Shown one piece after another: positions 1 through 13,294 of a DNA stretch of 42,439 nucleotides. This DNA is from Conidiobolus incongruus B7586 (Eukaryota), in assembly GCA_000697335.1 (NCBI GenBank), contig JNEM01013042.1, positions 1-42,439 of the forward strand, given 5' to 3'. Made by a program: the position numbers and the translations under genes. The notes under the pieces are model-generated. The model had not been told where the DNA came from, made no database searches, and saw nothing but the letters and a program-made list of their open reading frames with translations. How positions within the stretch are numbered: the stretch's first letter is position 1; each line of letters starts with the position of its first letter.

Positions 1-814
1 TATTATTAAATTATTAATATTATAGGTTAAAACTATATTTATCTAATTTATTTACTATCTTAAAATAAATCATAGTAATATTTATTTTATTCTCAGAACT
101 ATGGTAATATTTGATTTTTATAATAAAAATATATTGAAATTTATTTTAAATTATTGGTTTTTTATTTATTGATTACAAACATTTTTAAACCTATTTCAAA
201 AAATTCCTATATCGGGAAACTTAAAGTCATATTAACTCAATAATAAATAATTCTATTATTTAATAATTGATGGTTTTTTTGAATATTATGTTATAATATA
301 CATATTCTGTAATAGTTTTTTAATATAAATAATGAATGATAAATTTCTATTTATTAATTAAAATCAATAGGTTTAGGCTTATTCTTTAAAATCCAAACAA
401 TATATTTTAAATTTATTTTATCAAATATATATATACTGTCAGCTAGATTAAATTTAAAAATTCAAATATATATTTTTTCTAATATTTTAAAAACTTGATT
501 ATATTTTGATAATTAAAAAATCCTGGAAATTTTATATATAAAAACAATCAAAATATAATATTTATATAAAGATAGTTATATTTAAGAATTTCTCAAAATT
601 ATATAATCAAGTTTTTTTATTATTTAGTATTCATAATTCTTAAGTTAATATATGATATATATTGTTTATTAACCTAATATAAAATAGTATCTTTAAAATT
701 ATACTTTGATTTATAATCATTAATATTATTTGATTTTTCATGTTAACATATCTTAAATGGAGGAAGTTTCATCAATAAAAATAATATTTCTTAAATCAAA
801 CTCAATAATGATTT

Positions 815-1102
815 TTAATTAGGGTTCTCAGTTATATTAGATTTAATAAGAGAAAATGTAAGAAGATTAGTAATGGGGGTCATTACCAGATCCAGGATTT
901 CATCTCGATAGTCAGAGATATAGTTGACTATGTGCACTACAATCTTGGCGGCCACGAGGACTGGATGGGTCTCAATGGCTAGACAGTTAGGTTCATTAGA
1001 CAAAATCAATTGCAAACCAGACAAATTAGAACGAATAAGGGCCATAGTGTAAATTTACACGGCGATGAATGAAATAAAGGTTGTGATAAAACTGAGTTTC
1101 AT
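815..1102 (-). pseudogene. Small secreted protein gene interrupted by an in-frame stop in the signal peptide
   Basis: ATG at 1102 reads MKLSFITTFISFIAV*IYT, then continues in frame into the listed ORF 815..1045 (MALIRSNLSG...). The N-terminus looks like a signal peptide. The TAA is at 1055-1057, and GC is higher than in the flanks. Confidence 0.55.
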
Positions 1103-1754
1103 TAATTTGAGAAATATACTGAATAAAATAAATTTAAATGGGGTAAAAGTATATACTTGATAACATGCTAGAATTGAGGAATCACCCTTGGAAGTGCTGT
1201 AGGCAATTAAAGGGGATATTTGATAATAGAGGTGTAGTTTTGATCAGCAAAATCAAAGATTCTGTTATCATGATAGAAGTTATCAGTATATTTAAAGTGT
1301 ATTTAGGAGTCTTTGGGGTGTGACCAGATAATGGTGTATCCATATGATGGTTCACTGAACTAGCTCTTTGTTCCATTTTAACTAGAGGAACACAATGGGT
1401 AGTAATATATGCTTTATTTATTATAATGAGATTATTTCATCTTAATATATAAATCAAATTTATTTCACTAGCAATTATGATTATTATTAACATTGATTAT
1501 ATTAATTGGTTGATTGAAAAAATTCAATATCTTTAAGATCTGTATTGATCTATTTTCCAAATTAGAATCAATATATTATTATTAATATATAAAAGGATTG
1601 TAATTATTAATATATCAAAAAATCCTTAATTTCAGGAAATAGATATATTCTTTTTTTAAAACATTTGCTCAAAATAATAATTGGGTCAATTTTGGTTTAA
1701 AAAGGTTCAATAGTATTTAGTAAAAATATACTGATAATAATTTTATCAATTTTA

Positions 1755-1865
1755 TTACCATAGAATTAAAGAAATGGGAAATATTTTAATTTCTGATTTT
1801 TCAAACATATTATTAGTTTCAAATAAAAAAATATATACAAAACAAATAGGAAAATAAATAGTTTT

Positions 1866-1902
<37 letters not shown>

Positions 1903-3077
1903 ACTTTTTTGATTAAAAAAATAATTTTTTAAAATTAGTTGTTTAATTTAATCATATTTAAACTAAATAGTAACCATCAAAAGTTTTTTATTTTAGTATT
2001 AGTAAAGCTTAACTATAAACTCTCTAAAATCATTTAAAATTTACAAGTAGCTTTTAGTAATTAAGTATTATTTAAATTAACAATTTATTGCTAGGTAAAT
2101 TATTTTAAAGCTAGGAAAGAAATTACCCAAAACCTATTAAAATCTAAAAGATTAATTTCAACTATTACTTTTTTAATTGTTAATAAAATGAAAAAATATA
2201 TTGAAAAGCACCTTTTTATTTTAGTTAGAGAATTATTAAGATACTTTAATATTAGTTATATAAGTATTTTGTATATATTAAAGTTTAAATTAAAATTAAT
2301 TAATAAAAATATAAAATAAATACCTTATAATTTAACTAAAACTTAAAAAAAATAGAGTAGCTATTGCTAAACAAAACTTATTAAGATATAACTAGAAACT
2401 AAAGCTTTTACAGTAAATTATTACAATTAATGAATTTTAAATTTTTTTATATAATCTTTTACTAAAATATAAATTAAAATATTAAATTAAGTTAAATCAA
2501 CCCCCTCTATAAATTCCTTTAAATAAATACTTTATTGATAAATGAATATTAATTGTTGTAATAGATTATAATAACATATGCTATTTTTATTTAGTTTCTA
2601 AAAGAAAATTAATTAATAGTAAACTTTATATTTTTTTTAAATAAAACTATTTCTAATTAGTATTCTCAATATAATTTTAGAAAACCTATTATTTTACATG
2701 ATAATTACAAAATATATAAATTTAAAGTTATGAAAAACTTTTTAATTAAAAATAATTGGAAAAAACTACTATATCTAGTATATTCTTTAAATTATAACCT
2801 ATGTGATTATAATTGTTTTAGGCAATTAAAAAACTAGCTTATAAGAAAGAAAATTTCTACAGGAAAATTTAATTGGTTTATAAAACATTAAATTTCAGTC
2901 TTTAATAAAAAGAACTATTTTTTAAGTGTTAGATCTTTGCTAAAAGTATAGCAAAAAGTTATTAGAAATAAAAAAACTATTAATTTTATAATATATATTT
3001 TTTTTTATTTTTTATATATTAATATATTTATTTTTTTTCAATTGCAAAAAATTCCCATAATTTAAATTACAAAGTAA
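1755..3077 (+). mobile_element. Tc1/mariner DD34D DNA transposon, copy 1 (dead, hypermutated)
   Basis: Flanked by TA at 1753-54 and 3078-79. Imperfect TIRs TTACCATAGAATTAAAGAAATGGGAA ... TTCCCATAATTTAAATTACAAAGTAA. Collinear with 11985-13294 and 13836-15154. Relic motifs K*IPYNL (WVPHEL-like), ITINEF* (ITxDExW), LHDN and YSLNYNLCDY (YSPDLAPSDY-like), with many stops. Confidence 0.93.
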
Positions 3078-4388
3078 TATTAAATTAAAAATAATTTTGA
3101 TTGATTTTGCAAGGTATATATTAAATATACTAACTTTAAAAAGCCTAATCAATATGATTAGTTTAGAGCTATGTCATTATTAAGATAAAATTCAAATTTA
3201 TTAAAATTCTAAGAATTCAAAATTTAATTATTCTGTTTATTGTTTAATATAAGGCAGTGATTTTGGGGGAGCAATAGCTTTTGCTAAGAGTGGGAAAAGT
3301 ATGGCCTTATTGAGGGTGATCAACCATAAAAAGTCCTGAATGAAGTACTTTTCAGGGTTAGAATCAACTTGGATCAGGCTTAAACCAAGAACTCTGTTAA
3401 AAGTAATTATCTCACGCTTGCGATTTTAAGGTGAATATTGCAATTTGTGACTAAGAAAAAAGGAGATATTACACTTTAGAAGGTAAAGAATAATACAAAG
3501 TTTATTATTCTAATTGAAAACTATTTTTATACCAGTAAATAAGTGGCTCATTTCGACTATAAATTCATGATGGAATACTTGTCTGTTTCGTGCTTTACTT
3601 GCTCATTTCACTATTTCTCAGTTTATTGAAGAAACAAAAGTTCTTGGAATGGGGAAAGTTACTCCGATATTAATCATGAAATTTTTGTTAATTAGTGAAT
3701 AAATTAATGCTTTGAAATCAAAATTCGATTTAAGGTAAATAAAGCCTGATTGTTTTATTAAATTTCCAATAAATTAATGTACAATTTAATAATGAATATT
3801 CGCGAAAATATCTTCTTCAAAGCTATTTCTAAATATATTGAATTGTGATGAAATATATAATAAATTCATTAAATTGGGTAAAATCATGGCAATCCTTGAA
3901 TACTCGAAATTTGATATAACTATTTTTTAAATAATAATTAATTTGGAGGCTATTAAGGGTATTATATTTCAATATGGTTCTCCTAGTATTGTTAGAAAAA
4001 AGTATGAAATACAATAGAATATATTTAAACGTATTTCAAAATTTAACTGATAAATATAAGAATTCATCAACACATTTAATTATTCACAATCATGTGATAA
4101 TTGACTGAATATGAATATTAATAGTGTAATGGATTTTTTATAGGAATTGATTTGCCCTTTAAAATCATTAAACCAAAGAAGGTATGATGAAATTGAGGAA
4201 ACTATTATGATTAGAGGAATTTATTCGGTCAAATCAATATTTTTGCTTCATTAGTGGGTAAATTAACAAGATTTAAACATCATTTTACCAAAATATTCAT
4301 TTAACCCAAAGTTAATATTTTCTTGTAAATTGATATAAATAGGAGTTCAACCCTGAATTGAAAAACGTTTTATTACATTTTTTCAAAA

Positions 4389-5480
4389 ATGACTCAAAAT
4401 CAATATCAAGGCAAGCTGGGAGCTGGTGTCCTGGCTATGGATATTATTGAAATTATTGCAGCGACCATTGCCATTTTGGTTAATTGTTTAACTTTATATA
4501 TATTAGTAGTAAGGATGAAATTGAAACAGTGCGATACCGTGCAGTCCTTTTTCGTTTCAATATTCGATATTGTTTTCTCGTTATTCACTGCTATAAATTG
4601 TATCTGTCTTTGGGGTACTGACCACACCTTGATATTAGAGAACGGCATTTATAGTCAAATTATTGGTTACATGTTCTTTACTTTGGGCAGTTGTGTGATG
4701 GATAGTGTGATGATCCTATCATTAATTAGATATTTAGCTATATATCGTCATATTCAATTTGGCAACTTGGTATGGATCATAGTTACAGTGATACTAACTG
4801 TTTTTAATTTTGCGGTTGGGATAAACTCTGTGATTCAGAAGAATTTCGCTGTACAGCCTAGCTTAAAATTTAGTGCTATTGAATTTAGTTTTGAAAAGCA
4901 TTGGGAGAATAACTTTTACTATTGCGTGTTTTGGATTAAATTAGTAATTAATGTGCTGGTTATTTCATTTTCTTACTTTTATATATCAGTTTATTATTAT
5001 CATTATTTAAAAAATTACAACAATACCGATAATCTTAACAATTATCATAATCACAGTAATTCTGATATTGAAAAGAGTTCAAAATATACTCACAATGAGT
5101 ATAATCCATATCAAAGCGAAACTTATCCCAATTCTGAGAGTATAGAACTGAATTTCAGAGATAAGAGAATAGCGCCTGAGCCTACAGATGCCGCATCTGA
5201 ACTCCATCGTTATAGTACCACGAAGCTTATTAGAAGTACCCTATCCAAATTGTATATAATGATAGCTATATATCTGATTGAACTGATACCATTTTTCTTA
5301 TGTCAAACAATATTCAAATTTTTTCAAATTCCCATCTCTCCCATATTCGATAGTGTATCATCTCTTTTAACTCATTTGGTTCCAGTAACCAATCCATGCT
5401 TCGTATTATTCTTCCACTTCGAAACTTATCAGGAGTTAATTAGTACACTAACCATATTATATTATAAATTTTTTAATTGA
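4389..5480 (+). CDS. Class A (rhodopsin-like) seven-transmembrane receptor, intronless, 363 aa
   Basis: Seven hydrophobic segments. TM3 ends ILSLIRYLAI (DRY-like) and TM7 has TNPCFVLFFH (NPxxY-like). There is a long polar Asn/Ser/His-rich third intracellular loop. Confidence 0.88.
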   Translation: MTQNQYQGKLGAGVLAMDIIEIIAATIAILVNCLTLYILVVRMKLKQCDTVQSFFVSIFDIVFSLFTAINCICLWGTDHTLILENGIYSQIIGYMFFTLGSCVMDSVMILSLIRYLAIYRHIQFGNLVWIIVTVILTVFNFAVGINSVIQKNFAVQPSLKFSAIEFSFEKHWENNFYYCVFWIKLVINVLVISFSYFYISVYYYHYLKNYNNTDNLNNYHNHSNSDIEKSSKYTHNEYNPYQSETYPNSESIELNFRDKRIAPEPTDAASELHRYSTTKLIRSTLSKLYIMIAIYLIELIPFFLCQTIFKFFQIPISPIFDSVSSLLTHLVPVTNPCFVLFFHFETYQELISTLTILYYKFFN

Positions 5481-7959
5481 TTTATTAATTATATAATAAA
5501 ATATTATTGTAGAAATTTCACTAATAATTGAATAAAATAATATTAATGAATTTTACATAAACGGTGTATATGCTCTATTATTTAGTGATAACCCAAATTG
5601 ATAATTAATTCATCACCTTGTTATTCAAGTTCAATTAATCCGGTGATGAATTGAATATGGTTTATACTAATCAGCCTTTTATTGTTATCAGAAACCATTA
5701 TTAACGTATTAATTTGGATTTCAAAAATCCATTGAATCAAGTAAGAGTATCAACAGCTTGTTTCAGGATATCTAAAATACTGTTCAATCTTTACAAACTT
5801 AGAACGGTTATATTGGAGAATCAACTAAAATATTCTCTCATTTGGCCAATACACATTTCCTTAAATTCAAGTTGGTTCACATTTGATCGATTGCAAAAAA
5901 TTTATGGTGAGGGTTGAAAAAAATATATGCTTGAAATATTTAGATTTCCTATGGGTATATTTCAGTTATATTTCACCGAATATCAAAGATATTTCAATTT
6001 TGGTTAAAAATTCCTAAGGTTTGACCAACAAAATACCACAAAACAAATTCTATGTTAAGGAAAAATGTCGAAATCAATATCAACTGATATTTTTAATAAG
6101 TCAGGCCAAGCTATATGTTTTTTGAGCCTGAAAAATGAATTTGTCTTTTTCAAAGCAAATATTGAAATTATTATTTTTTTTGTTTATGTAAGGACTTAAG
6201 AATATACCTTATTAAAACCTTATCTCAAATATAAATTAGAGTATAAATTATATAATTTTTTATATTTTATAAATGTAATATTAATCCTATATTTGACGTT
6301 TAGTGAACAGATGGATTTTTTGAAGATACTAAAATATTTTATATATATCTAAAATTGTAAAAACTAAGGCTAATATTATTTTCATGAAACATAGAGTGTT
6401 TCTAAAAACTGAAAGAACTAGGTTAACTCATACTCTAAAACTGAAATAATTTATGTAAAGATATGGTGCGATTTCAAAACAATCTCAAGCAAGATAATTA
6501 ATATAAAAAATAATAATATAAAAAAAGAAAGAATAGAGAATATAGAGTAGGGATATGAAGTCATTAGAAGCAACAATCAAATAGTAATGATCACACCAAA
6601 ATTCAGGAATTTTCCATAGATTAAAACTAAATTCAACAAGACCACAAGAGAAAATTAGAATAATTCAATGATGAAATGGAAATCGTTTTTCTATGGTATT
6701 TAATCTGAGATAATTAATAATAATTAATATTTTCATAACTTTGAATTGTGAAGGAATAGTTTGAGGAACACTGTCGCTTTATCCATATATTCAATATAGC
6801 CTAAGTTTTAAATAACATTTTTTATATTTAGTTGAATATGAATAAATGTTGATTTTAATAAGAAAACACAATAAAATATATTAAGTCATTGAAAAATTAT
6901 ATCACTGAAAACTTTAAAATTCATAATATTTTTTGGCACAATTGAATTTAAGATACATTCTTTTGTCAGAGAGCTTTTATTGTATATTTCAAGTCGAGAA
7001 GGGTCAATATACAATTCTTTATGAATTGTTAATATTCTTTAATATTTTATATTATAATCTTATTAAATTAGAAATTTCAACCATTTCTTGAGATAACTAT
7101 GATATAAAATGCTATCCATATCCTAAATCAATGCATTGATTAAAATTAATAATTTAATTTAATTTAATTTCAATATTTTTAAATTTTATATAATATCAAA
7201 GTTAAAGTGTTCAAAAATTTAGCTATGGGTTTCAATATTAAATACTCAAAATATAGAATTATCATCCAAAAATATATGAGTGTTATAAAATCATAATATA
7301 ATTTGATCGAAATAATAGGTTATAATTGAATCTTGGATATTAGATATATTGAAATAGTTGATTTCATAATTTGAGAATATTTTTACCAAAGATGTGAAGA
7401 GAAAATTATATAATCTTTGGAAAGGAAATAAAATAATTAACTTATAATATATAAAGATAAATATATTTCTCAATATAATCCAGTAGATATTGGGAATGCA
7501 TGAATAATGATGGTGATATTTGTTACTATTGGCTGATTAGATAAAGTTATATTTCTTCTAGAAAATATATATATTTGATATAGGTAATTCTAATTAAGGT
7601 ATTATCTATTTTAGAACCAAATTATATTCTTATATATTATATCCTCTTTGAAACTTTTAGCTTTAATATACCTGGTTTTCTTCAAATATTATTATTCAAT
7701 AACTCAAATATTAATGGTTATATAAAATATCTGGTTATTGAATGAAAGTTTTATTTTTTTCCAATTATTAATATTAATATATTAAATTAAGCTTAACTCA
7801 AAAGTTAACTATAAGGAGGAAATCTCTTATTTCATACCATCTATATTTCATAATATAATATACTTCCTCTATTATATTTTCTTATCATTATTCATCATTT
7901 TTGAATCAATTGAATTGTTGTTTTATAACTTTAGGAATATATTCAATGAATTGATATAA

Positions 7960-9200
7960 TATTAAGCTGATATAAATGGGAGATTCTTTAATTTCTGAAT
8001 ATTTAAATATATTATCATTATTTAAAAAAATCATATATAAATGATAAATTATTGTATATTTTCAAGCTTTATATATATATGTATATATTCATTAATAAAT
8101 TCTATTTAAAGACTTATATTATAATTCTGTTATATTTTATAAGCTACTGGTAAATTTTAAATTATTTTAAAAGAATTATGATAAATTATTAGTAAAATTA
8201 AAAATTTTTAATAATTACTATCTTATTAAGAAAAACTATATTTTAATCTATTTTTTATTATTAGGTAAATAATTTCAAAGTTAAAAAAACTATATAAAAT
8301 TTTGAAAATTTATTGTATTAACTATAATTATTATTTTTTAAATCTTTATAAAGTTAAGAATATATCATTAAGCTCAATTTTATTTAAATAGCTATTCGGA
8401 TAATTTAATAACCATTATAAAGTAGATTATTTATAATTTAATTTAGATTTATTTTAATAGTATAACTAGAAAATATATCCTTTAATATTTAACCAAATTC
8501 GAAACCAAACTATAATAGCTATAGATAAATAAAATCTTTAAAATTACAACTATCAACTTGGGTTTTCATTAATAATCATTATAATATATAAATCATGAAT
8601 TATTTTTTATAATCTTATATTAAAATATAAATCAAAATATTATGTTCAAACAAAACTAATTTAAATTCTAATAACTAAATATTTTATTAATTATCAAATC
8701 ATATATTATATTGGATTATAATATCATATAATACTTTTATTTAGTTATTGAATTATAATTAATTAATAAAAGACCTTATATTTTATTTAAATTATATTAT
8801 TTTTAGTGTTCTTGGTATTATTAGAGAATTTTAATATAATTATATAATAATTATATAATATAAAAAGCTACAATTATAAAGTTTGTTATTATTATCAATA
8901 ATTGTTAAAAATTATTATATCTAGTATTTTCATTTAATTATAATTGTTTGGGCTATTAAAAAAATATAACTCTGAAAAAATTTTTACAATAAAATTAATT
9001 AGTTTATTTTATATCAAGTTGCAATTGTTAATAACATGGTCTATTTTTTAGGTGTTAGATATTTGCCAAAAATATAGCAAAAAGTTATTAATAATAAAAC
9101 AAATTATTGATTTTATAATGAATATCTATATTTGTAAATTATATATCAATTATTATATTAATTTATTTTCGATAGAGGTTATCATTTAGAGTTGAATAAG
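7960..9200 (+). mobile_element. Older, diverged mariner element of a related subfamily (boundaries approximate)
   Basis: The 5' end aaatgggagattctttaatttctga matches the left end of copies 1-3 (aaatgggaaattttttaatttctga). An internal TA-run near 8070 and ttattattaggtaaataatttcaaag (~8255) match in order. The 3' block ctattttttaggtgttagatatttgccaaaaatatagcaaaaagttatta (9041-9090) nearly matches the transposase C-terminus. Confidence 0.75.
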
Positions 9201-11984
9201 TAGGCAAAATAAATGTCAATGAGAGATAGGAGAATGATTTTTTTAATTGTATATTAAACAAAAAAATATCATTGGCATGTAATTTCATATTACTGAAGCT
9301 AAATATAAAAAAGTACTTAAGCTATGATAGATAATTGTTTTTCAATTTGAAGATTTAAAGTATTGTATTTTGTTAAATTATATAATCAGGTATTGCTGAT
9401 AATTAATTTATATATACATATATTATATAAATATCATAAAATTAATACAAACCTATCATCACAGTTTTCGATAATCATAATTTCCGTTTTGAATCTTAAT
9501 ATTATTACTAGCAAATAATATCATTTTATAAATTTATATTTGACATTAATATATCCAAATTTGAATTACTTCGAATACTGTATAATATAACGGTATAAGT
9601 TTATATATTCTCTCTAAATTATTTCAAATACTTAATATATTATTTTTTATCATAGAATATTTCGAATTTGTTGCATTTGAATATTTTTCTTAAACAAAAT
9701 TTCTGAAATTAAAATCTGTATTTAAAAACATTAAATTTATAAAATATATATTATAATTTAATCATATATATGTATTTTTTATACAATCTATCAAGTATTT
9801 TACAGTGATTGTTATTTTAAATAATTTAAACTTCACATATATTTTATGCTGTTTTATTTTCTCTACAAGCTGATAATTAGAAAGATCTTTTAATAAGAAA
9901 AAAAATTTTATAAATTAATTTAAATTTGGACCAATTCATAAATGGATTTATCTTTTATTCAAGTTATGATTCATTTATAATTGAATTAATCCAGTGTTAG
10001 TTAAATTTGACCATCCTTGTCTGAGCATTGCATGAAGCCCTGTGGCCCTAAAAATACACTTTAACACCAGTCCTAGATGACTGAATTAGTTGTTAAATAA
10101 TAAATTAATTTCTTTTGTAATATTTATATTTTAATCCGCCTTTATATATTATTAAAAACTTTTAAAAAGACCAATAGTTCTGGGTTATAAGTATGAATAC
10201 CATAGATTACCATTTGATTTATAAATGCAATATTTGTCATAATTAAATTACACCAAGTGCATTTACTTATTTAATTAAATATACATTATTCAAACTTATC
10301 ACAATACCATCCTAATGTTACTCTAGTATTTTTAATACAAAACAATTTACTCGCATTTTTCGAATCCCCAATTCATAAAATACTAAGGTATTATTTACAT
10401 ATTAATTTGGTAAGTTTTTGGTATTCTATTTATAAGTTTCTGATACTTATCCCGTAATTCCTAGTTATTGTTTCTTATAAATTTTTATGGTGAATATCCT
10501 TTTAAAGCAACTTATTGAAATTTGCAATCATATTAAACAATATTTAATCCTTCAAATACTTTTTTTTTGTTATTATTAAATATACGAAAAAATTATTTGC
10601 TTTGAAATCGTATATCAGGTTTAAAAGCTAGAATTTCTTGTTGATATTTATTTTACTCAAAAGCTTAATTATAATTTGGAATAATATCATTAAATATAGA
10701 TAATATAATACCTTGTTATTTTAAGGAAATATTCATTATTAGCATTCTTTGGTATTGATTATTTTATTTGAATTACATAAATAATCAATTTGAGCATTCT
10801 TTTATTACTTACATTTAAATTTTTTTAATATAGTATATTTGACAAATTATATATTATTTTTAATAATTAAAAAAGTAGTAATAATTATTAATTTATATTT
10901 TTAAAACCATCATTGTTAGTATATTTGCTTTTCAATTCGTTTTATTTTCAAATATATAATTTTAATTATTATTAATAAAAGGTTTCTAATAACTCAAATA
11001 TACTATTCCTAATGATTTTAAAAATATTTTTAAATATATGGGTTATAAAAAGCTTAATTAAAATAGTTTTTTATTGTATTTCCTTATATGCTTTTCTGTT
11101 AATAAGTTATTTTGTTATTTATATGTTTATTTAAATATTATCTTTTATTAATGATTATATTATATTTACAAATCACTAAAATACTCTCTATATAATTCAT
11201 ACTATATCTATGATATTTTAATTATAATAAATTTAGCTTAATTATTCAATCATTAATTTGTATAATTATAGCGATATAAAAGTTTATATATTAATAATTA
11301 CAAAAACAATTTCATTCTATTTTATTCTGATTTGGCTTAAATATAATAAAAATTTTAAAAGGATATTAATTTAATATCCTATTAATAGTATATTTAAAAA
11401 TATTCTTGAGGTATCGAGTCTATTTTTTTTTAATTTTATTTTAATCTAATAAAAATAATCTTGAATAATATTTTTGGCTATTTTTTTGAGCTATATATAT
11501 ATATTTAATAGTATTAAAGATAAGAATATATTTACATCCACCCGGAGATTTTAAAATCTTAAATTTTTAAGTTTTATTCTATTTTCGAGCTTTATTAATA
11601 ATATTTAGAGTGTTTTTATATACTTAAAGGTAAAACATAGCCAAAATTGCTTATATTAAATTAAAGATATTTATAATATATTAAATTCTTTAGTATTTAA
11701 GGATAAGAAATATTTCAAGATAATATCATACTATTTATATTATAAATGAAAATATATAATCCTTGATTAAATAATAACAGGTAATTTTTACAATAATGTA
11801 AATTATGGAAATATTATTTCCTAACCTTATAATGTTTGATGAACATATATATTTATATTAACTTAATTGATTTTGAATATATTTTGAAAATAATGTAAAT
11901 AATTATAATTAAAATTTATTAATATCAGGTAAATTTTATTAAACCTTCTATTGAATTAATAACATAGTCAAAATTTTTCAAGTA

Positions 11985-13294
11985 TTACTTTGTAATTTAA
12001 ATAATGGGAATTTTTTGCGATTGAAAAAAAGTAAACATTTTAATATATAAAAAGTAAAAATAAATATATAATATAAAATTAATAATTTCCTTTATTTCTA
12101 ATAACTTTTTACTATACTTTTGGCAAAGATCTAACACCTAAAAAATAGTTTTTTTTATTAAAGACTGAAATTTGATGTTTCACAAACCAATTAAATTTTC
12201 CTGCAGAAATTTTCTTTCTTGTAAGCTGGTTTTTTAATTGCTTAAAACAATTATAATTATATAGGTTATAATCTAGGGAATATACTGGATGTGGTAGTTT
12301 TTTCCAGTTATTTTTAATTAAAAGGTTTTTTACAACTTTAGATTTATGTATTTTACAATTATCATGCAAAATAACAGGTTTTTTTAAATTATATTGAGAA
12401 TACCAATTAAAAATAGTTTTATTCAAAAAAAATATAAAGCTTACTATTAATTGATTTTCTTTCAAGAACTAAATAAGAATAACATATGCTATTATAATCT
12501 ATTACAACAATTAACATTTACTTATTAATAAAGTATTTATTTAAAAGAATTTATAAAAGGGGTTGATTTAACTTAATTTAACACTTTGATTTATATTTTA
12601 ATAAAAGATTATATAAAAGAATTTAAGATTCATCAATTATAATAATTTATTGTAAAAGTTTTAGTTTCTAGTTATACCTTAATAAGTTTAATTTAACAAT
12701 AGCTACTTTAACTTTTTTAAGCTTTAGTTAAATTATAAAGTATCTATTTTATATTTTTATTAATTAATTTTAATTTAAACTTTAATATATATAAAATACT
12801 TATGTAACTAATATTAAAATATTTTGATAATTCTTTAACTGAAATAAAAAGGTACTTTTCAATATATTTTTTTACTTTATTAACAATTAAAAAAGTAACA
12901 GTTAAAATTAATCTTTTAGATTTTAACAGGTTTTAAGTAATTTTTCTCTTTGCTTTAAAATAATTTACCTAACAATAAATTGTTAATTTAAATAATACTT
13001 CATTATTAAAATTTGCTTGTAAATTTTAAATGATTTTAAAGGGTTTATGGTTAAGTTTTACTAATACTAAAATAAAAACCTTTTAATTGTTATTATTTAG
13101 TTTAAACATAATTAAATTAAATAACTAATTTTAAAAAATTATTTTTTTAATTAAAAAAGTTATTATATAAATATATATAATTTAAAACTATTTATTTTCT
13201 TATTTGTTTTATATATATTTTTTTATCTGAAACTAATAATATATTTGAAAAATCAGAAATTAAAAAATTTCCCATTTCTTTAATTCTATAGTAA
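11985..13294 (-). mobile_element. Tc1/mariner DD34D DNA transposon, copy 2 (dead; least mutated in the catalytic region)
   Basis: TA flanks at 11983-84 and 13295-96, with the same TIRs as copy 1. Relic transposase runs from ATG 13109 to about 12079. The ORF 12112..12465 carries ILHDNCKIH...WKKLPHPVYSLDYN...GVRSLPKV, typical of a mariner transposase C-terminus. Confidence 0.95.

Noticed and set aside
4389..5480. Possible opsin (retinal-binding rhodopsin)
   Set aside because: The TM7 position six residues before the NP motif is His, not the Schiff-base Lys.
9985..10095. Short GC-richer island
   Set aside because: No open frame, RNA fold or repeat partner was recognised in the window.
11360..11380. 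Hairpin AGGATATTAA-T-TTAATATCCT
   Set aside because: A short AT-rich inverted repeat, plausible by chance.
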